Origin: Candidatus Sericytochromatia bacterium
Lineage (GTDB): Bacteria > Cyanobacteriota > Sericytochromatia > S15B-MN24 > UBA4093
Assembly: GCA_036676495.1 (NCBI GenBank)
Contig: JAKFCT010000047.1
Location: forward strand, 1-64,000
Direction of reading: 5' to 3'
DNA: 64,000 nt
Made by a program: the position numbers and the translations under genes. This document shows, piece after piece, positions 8,535-16,975 of the stretch (position 1 is the stretch's first letter; each line of letters opens with the position of its first letter). The notes under the pieces are model-generated. The model did no database searches. It was not told the origin of the DNA and saw only the letters and a program-made list of their open reading frames with translations.

Positions 8535-10313
8535 ATGCAGGAACCATCGATCCGCAGCTTCACCCTCGATTACTACCGTAGCCTCGGGGCCGAGTTGACC
8601 CCCCTCGACGCGCAGGCGCGCCGCTGGGAAGTCCGCTGGCCGCAGCGGCGGCTCTCCATCACGTTCGACCACGCGTCGGAGCCCGCAGAGCCCGCCCTTC
8701 CCGAGGAGCGCCCGATCACTCCGATGAGTCCTCACTGGCGGGCGATCCTCGAGGAATGCACCCGGGAACAAACGGTCTCCTACCGCCATGTGGTCTCCCG
8801 CCCGATCGACCAGCCGGCCCAGCTCTTCGAGCCGATTCTGCCGGGGGGCTTCCGGGTCGAGTCCGCGCGGCTGATCGAGGTGCTGCCGCGCACGGCGATC
8901 GCCTTCTGCCACCGGGTGACCTACGAGGCTCCCGCCATGAGCTCCCGGGACGAGGAGCTGCACCTCGACGTGATCGATCCCGCGACCGGCGATCGCCTCG
9001 ACGTCCTCTCCGAGGCCTGCTACAGCTTCCTCACCATCCCGGTCGATCCGCCCCAGAGCCCGTCCTATCAGCTTGAGAACCTTCACGAGCGGGCGATCGC
9101 CTGGCTCGACGCCCGGACCGAGCAAAAGGGCGCGGAGCTGGAGCGCACACTCGCCCCGCGCCTGGAAGAGGCCGAAGCGCGCGTGCGTGCCACCATCGCA
9201 GGCCAGGTCTCCCAGATCCTCCGCGAGGAGGAGCGCGTGCTGCTTGGCAAGCTCGAGGACCTGGTGCGCCGCAAGGGCGAGACCAGGATTCCCGCGGCGA
9301 TCGCCAAGCTCGAAGAAGAAGCCGAGCGCCTGGTCATCGAGATCGAGCACCTGCATGTCCAGCGTGAGCTCGACGCCGAGGGCCTGCGCCGCGACGAGGC
9401 CGCCCGCCTGGAAGCCGAGCGCGCCCGCCACGAGGTCACCGTCGATACCCGGCTGGTCGGAGCCTGCCACGTCACCTACGACGAGGTACGCTACGAGCTC
9501 TCGCTGTCTCGCGGCACCGAGCGCGGCCTGCTCACGGTCGCCTACCTTCCCACCACCGGCGAACTCTTCCTGCCGGCCTGCCCCCAGTGCGGCGGCGGCA
9601 TCCGGCAGCCCGGCTTCCTGGACAACGGCCAGGCATGCTGCCATCGCTGCGCGGCCCGGCACCTGGCGGCCTCCGCCGGAGCGCCCGAGGCGGTTCCGAC
9701 GGAAGCCTGCGATCGCTGCGGCACCGAGACCCCGCAAAGCATCGTCCAGCGCTGCCACCTGACGGCGACTCCCTACTGCGTGGCCTGCGCGCTCGATTGC
9801 GTGGAATGCGGCAAGGTCACCCGGCGCAACCTCCTGCGTCCCAGCCCGAGCGGACGGGGCATGGTCTGCCCGGATCACCTGATCTCCTGCGCGACCTGCC
9901 ATCAGAGCGCCCTGCCGCGCGAGACCTTCAAATGCCCGATCTGCGAGGAGCGGCACTGCCTGGCCGAGGCCGATCACTGCCCCTCCTGCGCGATGCCGGC
10001 CTGCCGGCGCTGCTCCCGGGTCGTCCTGGGACGGTGTCTGGCCTGCACCCAGCTGAAGCGGGTCCGCGACGACCACCCGCACGTGGCGATCGTCCGGGCC
10101 CAGTACCCGGATCTCGCGCGGCGGCGGCTCACCTGGCGCTGGTCGCGGGCCGGAGAGTTCGCGCTCATCGAGTGGCGCAGCCTCTCGGGGGCCTGGGGGC
10201 GGTTCATCCTCAACACCCAGGATCACCTCCTGCTGTCCCAGACCCGCCAAGGCGCCATGGCCAACCTCTCTAATCGGGTCCTGGCCTACTTCGGCTGGAA
10301 TTCGGAGCGGTAA
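8535..10313 (+). CDS. YqhG-like protein with coiled coil and C-terminal multi-CxxC metal-binding array
   Basis: GAGGAG RBS; N-terminus resembles Bacillus YqhG (recalled, not searched); central E/R-rich helix; 24 Cys between CPQC and CLAC. Confidence 0.6.
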   Translation: MQEPSIRSFTLDYYRSLGAELTPLDAQARRWEVRWPQRRLSITFDHASEPAEPALPEERPITPMSPHWRAILEECTREQTVSYRHVVSRPIDQPAQLFEPILPGGFRVESARLIEVLPRTAIAFCHRVTYEAPAMSSRDEELHLDVIDPATGDRLDVLSEACYSFLTIPVDPPQSPSYQLENLHERAIAWLDARTEQKGAELERTLAPRLEEAEARVRATIAGQVSQILREEERVLLGKLEDLVRRKGETRIPAAIAKLEEEAERLVIEIEHLHVQRELDAEGLRRDEAARLEAERARHEVTVDTRLVGACHVTYDEVRYELSLSRGTERGLLTVAYLPTTGELFLPACPQCGGGIRQPGFLDNGQACCHRCAARHLAASAGAPEAVPTEACDRCGTETPQSIVQRCHLTATPYCVACALDCVECGKVTRRNLLRPSPSGRGMVCPDHLISCATCHQSALPRETFKCPICEERHCLAEADHCPSCAMPACRRCSRVVLGRCLACTQLKRVRDDHPHVAIVRAQYPDLARRRLTWRWSRAGEFALIEWRSLSGAWGRFILNTQDHLLLSQTRQGAMANLSNRVLAYFGWNSER

Positions 10314-10401
10314 CGCCGCGCCGACCCCGGCGGGGGACTCGGGATGCGCTTAGGTAAAGATTCCGGATGCCGCAGGCTCCATGTGGAGATACACTGAGGG
10401 C

Positions 10402-11841
10402 ATGACCAAGAGTCCGCGCATCCGAATCCTGTTGCCGCTCGTCACCCGATCGTGGCGGAGCCTCTCGCTGAGCGTGAAGGTCCTGTTCTGGGGCCTCACC
10501 TCGATCATGCTGGTGACCGGGGTCCTCATGGTCGTCACGTACATCAGCGCGGAAGCCAGCCTTCACAGCCAGGTCGCGCGGCAGGTCCAGAACGAGCTCA
10601 CCGTCTTCCAGCGCTTCTACCTCCTGGAGCGGCAGGCCTACCCGCATCCCGAGGCGGCGCAGGTCGCCACCCAGGAGATGACCGACATGATGGGCGGGAT
10701 CGCGGCCATCTTCGTGGACGGCCAGGCGATCACCGTCGCCGGAATCCCCGGCGATCGGCTGGTGCCCCCGGGCCCTCCGGGCCGGGACGGGCTCGCCGTG
10801 CTCGAAGTGTCGGGCACCGAGTACGTGACCCTGACCCAGCCGCTTTACAGCGTGGACGGGGTGGTGGTCGGCACCGCCATGCGCGGAGTCCCCAAGCGGC
10901 AGATCGCCGAGATGCTGCAACGCCATGCCTGGGGGATCTTCTCGGTCTCCGGCACCGCCATGCTGATCGCCTTCGGCGGCCTCCTTTGGCTCACGAACCA
11001 GATCGTGCGGCCGCTGCGCCGGCTCACGCGGGCCTCGGCCTCGCTACTCGATGATGAGCATACCCCCTCGCGCAGCCTGGACGAGGTCGGCCAGCTTTCC
11101 ACGGACTTCCAGCGCATCGCCGAGCGGCTCATGGCCCAGCAGGCGCAGCTGGAGGACGCGCATTTGCAGCGCGGACAGTTGCTCGAAGCCCTCATCACCG
11201 CCCAAGAAGATGAGCGCAAGCGCATCTCCCGCGAGCTTCACGATGAAACCGGGCAATCTTTGACGTCGCTCTTGGTCGGCCTCAAGATCGTCGACAAGTC
11301 TCCCACCCTGGACGAGGCGCGCAAGCGGCTCGCCGAGTTGCAGGAACTGACGTCGCGGACGCTCGAGGAGGTTCACAAGCTCTCGGTCGAGTTGCGGCCG
11401 ACCTTGCTCGACGATCTGGGGCTGATCGCCGCCCTGCGCTCGTACTCCAAGGACTTCAGCCAGAAGCACGGCGTCCGGGTGGCCTTCCATGCCACGGGCT
11501 TCGAGGAGCGGGTTCCCCCGCTGGTCGAGGTCGCGGTCTACCGGGTGGTCCAGGAGGCCCTCACCAACATCGCCAAGTACGCCTCGGCCCAGACCGTCCA
11601 TTTGAAGCTGGAGCGGACGGCGGCGGCGCTGCATGCCGAGGTCGTCGACGACGGCGTCGGCTTCGATCCCGAGCACGTGCTCGTCCAGAAGCGCAAGGAG
11701 AACCGGCTGGGGCTCCTGGGCATGCAAGAGCGGGTCACCCTGCTGGGCGGCACGTTCAGCCTACAATCCAAGGAAGGCGAGGGCACCCGCATCACCCTCG
11801 ATCTCCCGCTATCCGCCACGGTACCGGAGTCCGCCACCTAG
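10402..11841 (+). CDS. HAMP-containing HisKA_3 sensor histidine kinase
   Basis: Two TM segments, HAMP, ERKRISRELHDETGQ, QEALTNIAKY, DDGVGF, LGLLGMQER. Confidence 0.92.
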   Translation: MTKSPRIRILLPLVTRSWRSLSLSVKVLFWGLTSIMLVTGVLMVVTYISAEASLHSQVARQVQNELTVFQRFYLLERQAYPHPEAAQVATQEMTDMMGGIAAIFVDGQAITVAGIPGDRLVPPGPPGRDGLAVLEVSGTEYVTLTQPLYSVDGVVVGTAMRGVPKRQIAEMLQRHAWGIFSVSGTAMLIAFGGLLWLTNQIVRPLRRLTRASASLLDDEHTPSRSLDEVGQLSTDFQRIAERLMAQQAQLEDAHLQRGQLLEALITAQEDERKRISRELHDETGQSLTSLLVGLKIVDKSPTLDEARKRLAELQELTSRTLEEVHKLSVELRPTLLDDLGLIAALRSYSKDFSQKHGVRVAFHATGFEERVPPLVEVAVYRVVQEALTNIAKYASAQTVHLKLERTAAALHAEVVDDGVGFDPEHVLVQKRKENRLGLLGMQERVTLLGGTFSLQSKEGEGTRITLDLPLSATVPESAT

Positions 11842-11912
11842 CTGTCCACCGTTCGGGATGAAAGCCGCGACGCACGATAGCGCTGAATGCCACCAGAGAA
11901 AGGGGTCGCCAG

Positions 11913-12575
11913 ATGCCACCGACGCTTCCCAAGATCCGGATCCTCGTCTCAGACGACCACGCTATCCTGCGCTCGGGGCTCAAGATGCTCCTGTCGGCCG
12001 AACCTGACATGGAGGTGGTCGGCGAAGCGACGGACGGCGAAGAGGCGATCGCCCTCGCCGAGCAGCTTCATCCCGATCTCGTCCTGATGGACGTCTCCAT
12101 GCCCCGGGTGAACGGCATCGAAGCCACGGCCGAGATCAAGCGCCGGCTCCCGCAGGTCAAGGTGCTGGTCCTCACCATGCACGAAAACGAGGAGTATCTC
12201 TTCCGGACCCTCAAGGCGGGCGGCTCGGGCTACGTCCTCAAGAAGGCTGCCGACACCGAGCTGCTCGACGCCATCCACCAGGTCATGGAAGGCGGCGCAT
12301 TCCTCCGGCCCTCGGTGACCAAGGCCCTGGTCCAGGACTACCTCGAGCGCGTGGAGACCGGCGAGGAGACCGATTCCTACGGCCTCCTGACCGAGCGCGA
12401 GCGGCAGATCCTCAAGCTGATCGCCGAGGGCTTCACCAACCAGGAGATGGCCAAGCTGCTCGTCATCTCGGTGCGGACCGTGGAGACCCACCGCGCCCAC
12501 CTCATGGACAAGCTGGGCATGCATACCCGCTCGGAGCTGGTGAAGTACGCCCTGCGCAAGGGCTTGCTGGACTAG
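11913..12575 (+). CDS. NarL/FixJ-family response regulator
   Basis: DDH, LMDVSMP receiver; LTERERQIL..TVETHR LuxR-type HTH. Confidence 0.95.
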   Translation: MPPTLPKIRILVSDDHAILRSGLKMLLSAEPDMEVVGEATDGEEAIALAEQLHPDLVLMDVSMPRVNGIEATAEIKRRLPQVKVLVLTMHENEEYLFRTLKAGGSGYVLKKAADTELLDAIHQVMEGGAFLRPSVTKALVQDYLERVETGEETDSYGLLTERERQILKLIAEGFTNQEMAKLLVISVRTVETHRAHLMDKLGMHTRSELVKYALRKGLLD

Positions 12576-12629
12576 CGCCCGCGGCTGTTGCGCAAGGCAG
12601 CGAAGCTGACCTGAAGCAACGAGGGCTAG
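12572..12629 (+). repeat. Rod-hairpin element, minimal copy A, CTAG at both ends
   Basis: CTAG-CGCCCGCGGCT-GTTGC-GCA-AGG-CAGC-GAA-GCTG-A-CCT-GAA-GCAAC-GAGGG-CTAG; related copies at 15.1, 24.3 and 50.5 kb. Confidence 0.85.
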
Positions 12630-13447
12630 AAATCGGATTCGTCGAAGAGGGGCCCGGTCATGGGCTTGCGGCCCCGGATCGGCTTGGCGGCGGGCGGCTG
12701 CCCCTGAGCCAGCGACACGACCTCATCGCGGACCACCTGAACGATCCGCTTCACGGCCTCCTCCGCGCGCTCGGGGGGGAGGCCGTAAAAGTTGTCGAAG
12801 GCCAGCGGCTTGCCGATCGTGATCCGAGCCTGGCGGTAGATCGTGCCGAGCACCTCGCCCCGCTCCCAGCTCGCGTTGCCGGGGTCGAGCTGGCGCAGAA
12901 CGGCCCCGGGGATCCGGATCAGGACCTCTTCCTCCTCGCCGGTGATGGCGATGGGCACGACGGGAAGGTCCGGGATGCGCATCTGCATGAGCAAGCGGGC
13001 GAACGAGGAGTGGAAGGGGGAGACGGTCCCCGGCTTCGAGCCGTTGACGAAGTTGTCGACGCCTTCGGGGAAGACGCCGACCATGCGCCCGCGCAACAGC
13101 AGGCGCTTGGCCTTGAGCATGAGCTCCTGGCTTCGGCCGCCCTGAGAGACCGGCAGGACGATGTTTCCCGTCGAGCGAACCATTTCCCGGGTGATGGGCA
13201 GGCGGCTCATGAAGGCGGCCACCACCCAGTGCACGCGGCGGGGCAGCTCGGCGCTCAGGATGAAGGGATCGGTCATGGTGCGGTGATTGGGCACCAGGAG
13301 AGCGGGCCCCGACGAGGGGATATTCTCCAGGCCGGTGATGCGCGTGTCGACGAGCTGCTTCGTCACGACCGGGGCGAGCACCGACTTCAGGGTCTCGTAC
13401 CAGAGGTCCTGGCTGAGGACCGTCATTTCCGGGGGAAGCTTGAACAT
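12626..13447 (-). CDS. PlsC-family lysophospholipid acyltransferase
   Basis: NHRTMTD (HX4D), VFPEG, PVVPIAI. Confidence 0.88.
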   Translation of the reverse strand: MFKLPPEMTVLSQDLWYETLKSVLAPVVTKQLVDTRITGLENIPSSGPALLVPNHRTMTDPFILSAELPRRVHWVVAAFMSRLPITREMVRSTGNIVLPVSQGGRSQELMLKAKRLLLRGRMVGVFPEGVDNFVNGSKPGTVSPFHSSFARLLMQMRIPDLPVVPIAITGEEEEVLIRIPGAVLRQLDPGNASWERGEVLGTIYRQARITIGKPLAFDNFYGLPPERAEEAVKRIVQVVRDEVVSLAQGQPPAAKPIRGRKPMTGPLFDESDF

Positions 13448-13528
13448 CCGACCTCCACACCTCGAAAGATCAGCGACAGGGCGTCAGCATAGCAAATCCC
13501 CCGCCCGGGACGCAAGCGTTCCGGTCCG

Positions 13529-13640
13529 GGCGGGCACAGAGGCCCGCCCCACCGGCCCGCCCCACCGGCCCGCCCCACTGGCTCGCCCTACAGGCCCGGC
13601 GCGGGCCCGTCTTTCAGTGGCGCGGGCGTCTCCGCCCGCG
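13529..13640. repeat. REP-like cluster: GTGG-hairpin, 4 x 13-bp half-REP tandem, opposed GTGG-hairpin
   Basis: Minus GTGG-GGCGGGC-CTCTGT-GCCCGCC at 13529-13552; GGCCCGCCCCACC-like units 13541-13592; plus GTGG-CGCGGGCG-TCTC-CGCCCGCG at 13617-13640. Confidence 0.65.
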
Positions 13641-14589
13641 GTTCGGCATGCATGGCGTGATGGGCGATCATGCGCTTGGCGTTGCGGTAGAGCACCCACT
13701 CGGCCTCATGCTGGTAAACGGCCTCCTGGACGTTCGCGAGGGCGACATCCTGCTGGAGGAGCGGAAAATCCGAGCCCATCAGCACCCGGTGGACGCCCAG
13801 GCGGTCGATGGCCTCGCGGATGATCTCGGGCGGCTGCCAGGAGGTCTCGACGTGGACGTTGAGGTAGCGTTCTCCGAGCTGGAGCACCTTTTCGTGCTGA
13901 TCCCAGCCGATATGCCCCAGGACGATCGGGATCTGCTCGAAGCGCTGGATGAAGGCCTCCATCTGCATGACGTCGTCGCAGTGGTCGTGGAGGGGGAAGG
14001 GGAAGGTCCCGGCATGCACGAAGACCGGGAGGTGGTTGGCCTGCGCGAAGGCGCCCAGCTCCATCATTTCAGGGGCCACGGGGTGCGGGCCCGCCACCGG
14101 AGGATGGATCTTGAGCCCCACGACCTGACCCGTGTCGACGTAGGCCTGAAGGCGCTCCAGGTAGCCCGGCTCATGGGGATCGACCGCGCAGTAGACCGAG
14201 ATCCGGTCCCGGTAGGGAGCTACCGCCTCGAGGACCTCCCGCGTCCCGATGAAGGGCTCGATCACGCAGACCACGGCATGGTCGATGCCGTTGCGGTCCA
14301 TCGATTCCAGGAACTTCTCCACCCGGTACTTGTTGAGCAGGCGCAGCAGCTCGTGGAAGCCGAAGTAGGTCATCTCGCGGTAGAGCCGGTGGAAACGGCT
14401 GGTGCGGCCGTAGCGCGCGAAAAGGTTCACGCCTCCGTAAAGCCACGGCTCGAACATGTCGGCCAGCTTGTGGAGCAGCGGGTACTGCGGGATCTCCGAG
14501 AGATCCATCTCGTCGGTGCCCTTGATATGGGCATGGTAGTCGATGATGGGACCGGCGTAGGATCCGGACCCGAGCACCTTCACGGGCAT
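13588..14589 (-). CDS. Amidohydrolase_2 family metallohydrolase
   Basis: IIDYHAH, GLKIHP, VFVHAG, LGHIG, MGSDFP. Confidence 0.88.
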   Translation of the reverse strand: MPVKVLGSGSYAGPIIDYHAHIKGTDEMDLSEIPQYPLLHKLADMFEPWLYGGVNLFARYGRTSRFHRLYREMTYFGFHELLRLLNKYRVEKFLESMDRNGIDHAVVCVIEPFIGTREVLEAVAPYRDRISVYCAVDPHEPGYLERLQAYVDTGQVVGLKIHPPVAGPHPVAPEMMELGAFAQANHLPVFVHAGTFPFPLHDHCDDVMQMEAFIQRFEQIPIVLGHIGWDQHEKVLQLGERYLNVHVETSWQPPEIIREAIDRLGVHRVLMGSDFPLLQQDVALANVQEAVYQHEAEWVLYRNAKRMIAHHAMHAEPRAETPAPLKDGPAPGL

Positions 14590-14701
14590 GGCGTCACCCT
14601 CCTTCCCTCATCCTACCCGAGCGGCCTTTCCGGCTAATCCCTCTCTCGACTGGCGTTTTTCTCCCTCTAGCTTGGCAGGATGTGTTATCCTGATCCCTGT
14701 T

Positions 14702-15106
14702 ATGAAGAATCTTCACATCTTGGTGGTCGAGGACGAACCATCCAACCGAGAAATCGCCGAGGTCATCCTGACCAGTCACGGCTACCATGTCACCTGCGCC
14801 GAGAACGGCCAGGAGGCTCTCAACCTCTGCCTCGAAGAAGGACGATCCTTCGACGCGATCCTCATGGACGTCCTCATGCCCGTCATGGACGGTCTCGAGG
14901 CCACCCGCCGCCTGCGCGCCCACCCCAAGACCCAGGATCTCACCATCATCTGCGTCTCGGCCAAGGCTTCGGGTTCCGATCAAGGCGCCGGCCTCGCTGC
15001 CGGTTGCGACACCTACGTCCGCAAGCCCTACAAGCGCAAGGAGCTCTTGCAGGCCCTCTCCGAGGTCCTGCTCGCCAAGGGCATCATCGACGCCCCCCTG
15101 CTCTAG
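14702..15106 (+). CDS. Single-domain response regulator (CheY/DivK-like)
   Basis: ILVVEDE, ILMDVLMPVMDGLEA, KP motif. Confidence 0.9.
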   Translation: MKNLHILVVEDEPSNREIAEVILTSHGYHVTCAENGQEALNLCLEEGRSFDAILMDVLMPVMDGLEATRRLRAHPKTQDLTIICVSAKASGSDQGAGLAAGCDTYVRKPYKRKELLQALSEVLLAKGIIDAPLL

Positions 15107-15310
15107 CCGTTCGTTTCTTCAGGACAGCTTCGCTTTCCCAACCCTCGCCGCAGGCGCTGCGAAACAGCCGCGATTCTAAGCCGTTCGTTTCTTCAGGACA
15201 GCTTCGCTTTCCCAACCCTCGCCGCAGGCGCTGCGAAACAGCCGCGATTCTAAGCCGTTCGTTTCTTCAGGACAGCTTCGCTGCCTTGCGAAACAGCCGC
15301 GGGCGCTAAA
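15103..15310 (-). repeat. Rod-hairpin element array C: two 74-bp units plus one short unit
   Basis: Units start at 15105, 15179 and 15253; reverse complement matches the element at 12572. Confidence 0.9.
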
Positions 15311-15333
15311 GCGTCGGCCGTGACCTGGGGAGG

Positions 15334-16896
15334 CTAGGGGCTGACGATCCCCGGGGAAGCGGCAGGCCGGAAGAGGAGCAAGGTTCCCTTCATGGCCGCG
15401 GCGTTCCGGATCCGCAGCGTCCCCTTACCCGTGTCGAAGCGAACATGGACGTAGCGCACGCCGTTCGGCAGCGGAGGCTCGGTGCTGCTGGTCAGGCTCT
15501 CCGTCGGTGGGCCTCCGAACCCTCCGTAGACGTCGAGGTGAGGAATCCCGTAGCGCGGCGGCACGTCCGGATGGTACCCGTCCAGCAAGAGCGAGAGGGC
15601 GTAGTCCCGGTAAAGCTCCGAGAAGGACGTCCCGGCCCGCTGCATGACCTCGTCCACCGCCGCCGTCGAGACCCCGCTCGCCTGCGGAAGCTCCTTGATG
15701 AAGGCCGCATGGCGATCGTGGGCGTACGCCGCGAAGAGAAGCGCCCCGCCGTAGTTCGGGGGCTCCGACTCCGGGGCTCCCTGGAAAACGGCCATGTCGT
15801 AGGAGCTTGGCTTGCGCAGGTAGCGATCGAGGAAGGGAACGTAGGTCGTGAGCAGGGATGGCGAGAAGAGGTACTCGGATAGCACCGCCAAGCCTTCGTT
15901 GAGCCAGCGCTCGCTCAGATCGGCCGAATCGAAGTAGGACGGATCCTGCCCCAGCGGCAGGCCCGCGCCATGGTTCCGGCTGTAGGCCTCGAGGCGCTGG
16001 CCGAAGAAGATCAGGTGCACGTACTCGTGGATCATCGAGTTGAGGAAATGGCCCGAGCCGAAGACGGAGTTGAGGTAGAGGACCTTGGCGTAATTCGAGG
16101 TCTTCCCGTACTTCTGCTGGACGATGGAATCGGGGAAGAAGTCCAGGGGCTCCATGAAGGCCCCGTACTCTTCGGGGACCCGATGCGTGATGAGGACGTT
16201 GAGCTGATCATGCCCGCCGTTGTACCCGTCGGGGCGTCCCGCGGGCGCGGGGCCGTAGCGCTCGGTGATCTCGGGCAGAAGGGCCTCGAAGCGCGCGTTG
16301 AGCCCTTCGAGCTCCTGAAGGGAGTAGCGGTAGCGGTCCTGCTCGTCCACCCAGATCGCGGCGTGCGGCCCGACCGCGAGGCAGACGGCGGTCACGGAGG
16401 TGTTGCGGACGATGAAGTCCCGGCGCGTGCCGACGGTCGGGGGGGCGGAGGTCGTCATCACGCGCATGCCGGAGGGCGCCGGCATGGTCCCCAGGGAGGC
16501 GCGGGGGAGATCGAACGTCCCGCATGCGGGTCCGGGCGCCGGCGGCAGGCTCTGCAGGCGCGGCATGCCCGTCGCGGTCGTCGACGCCCCCTCGAAGTCG
16601 AAACCGAAGCCCGCGGCCGCCTCGCCCGTACGAGAAAGGGCCAGGATGGCCTCGCTGGCCTCGATGGGGATCGCGACCTCGCCCGAGGTCGGCAGCGCCA
16701 CGGGCTGCACCGTCAGCGCGCGTGAGTTTTTCGTGAGCGTGAAGGGGCTCGGAAGCGGAGCGGGATCCGTGACGACGGCTCCGCCCTCTCCGGTGACGGC
16801 GTCGGGAACGATCCCCGCCGGATCGAGCATGGGGCGTTGCTTCGGGCAGCCCGCCAGGCTGAGGGCGAGCAGACATAGAACGATCGCCCTTAGCAT
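15334..16896 (-). CDS. Zinc metallopeptidase lipoprotein (M30-like gluzincin)
   Basis: Lipobox LAGC; HEYVH and downstream WLNEGLA. Confidence 0.75.
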   Translation of the reverse strand: MLRAIVLCLLALSLAGCPKQRPMLDPAGIVPDAVTGEGGAVVTDPAPLPSPFTLTKNSRALTVQPVALPTSGEVAIPIEASEAILALSRTGEAAAGFGFDFEGASTTATGMPRLQSLPPAPGPACGTFDLPRASLGTMPAPSGMRVMTTSAPPTVGTRRDFIVRNTSVTAVCLAVGPHAAIWVDEQDRYRYSLQELEGLNARFEALLPEITERYGPAPAGRPDGYNGGHDQLNVLITHRVPEEYGAFMEPLDFFPDSIVQQKYGKTSNYAKVLYLNSVFGSGHFLNSMIHEYVHLIFFGQRLEAYSRNHGAGLPLGQDPSYFDSADLSERWLNEGLAVLSEYLFSPSLLTTYVPFLDRYLRKPSSYDMAVFQGAPESEPPNYGGALLFAAYAHDRHAAFIKELPQASGVSTAAVDEVMQRAGTSFSELYRDYALSLLLDGYHPDVPPRYGIPHLDVYGGFGGPPTESLTSSTEPPLPNGVRYVHVRFDTGKGTLRIRNAAAMKGTLLLFRPAASPGIVSP

Positions 16897-16975
16897 CCCG
16901 TCCTCCCGGAACCCTCATCCGCGCATGGGTCATGTACCCGAAGCGCTCGCCGCCTAAGCAAGGTAGCGCGACGGC

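Noticed and set aside
12572-12629. Integron attC site or hammerhead ribozyme
   Set aside because: Ends are TAGC/GCTAG rather than RYYYAAC/GTTRRRY, flanking genes are convergent, and no integrase is present. The hammerhead core CUGANGA with a three-way junction is not formed.
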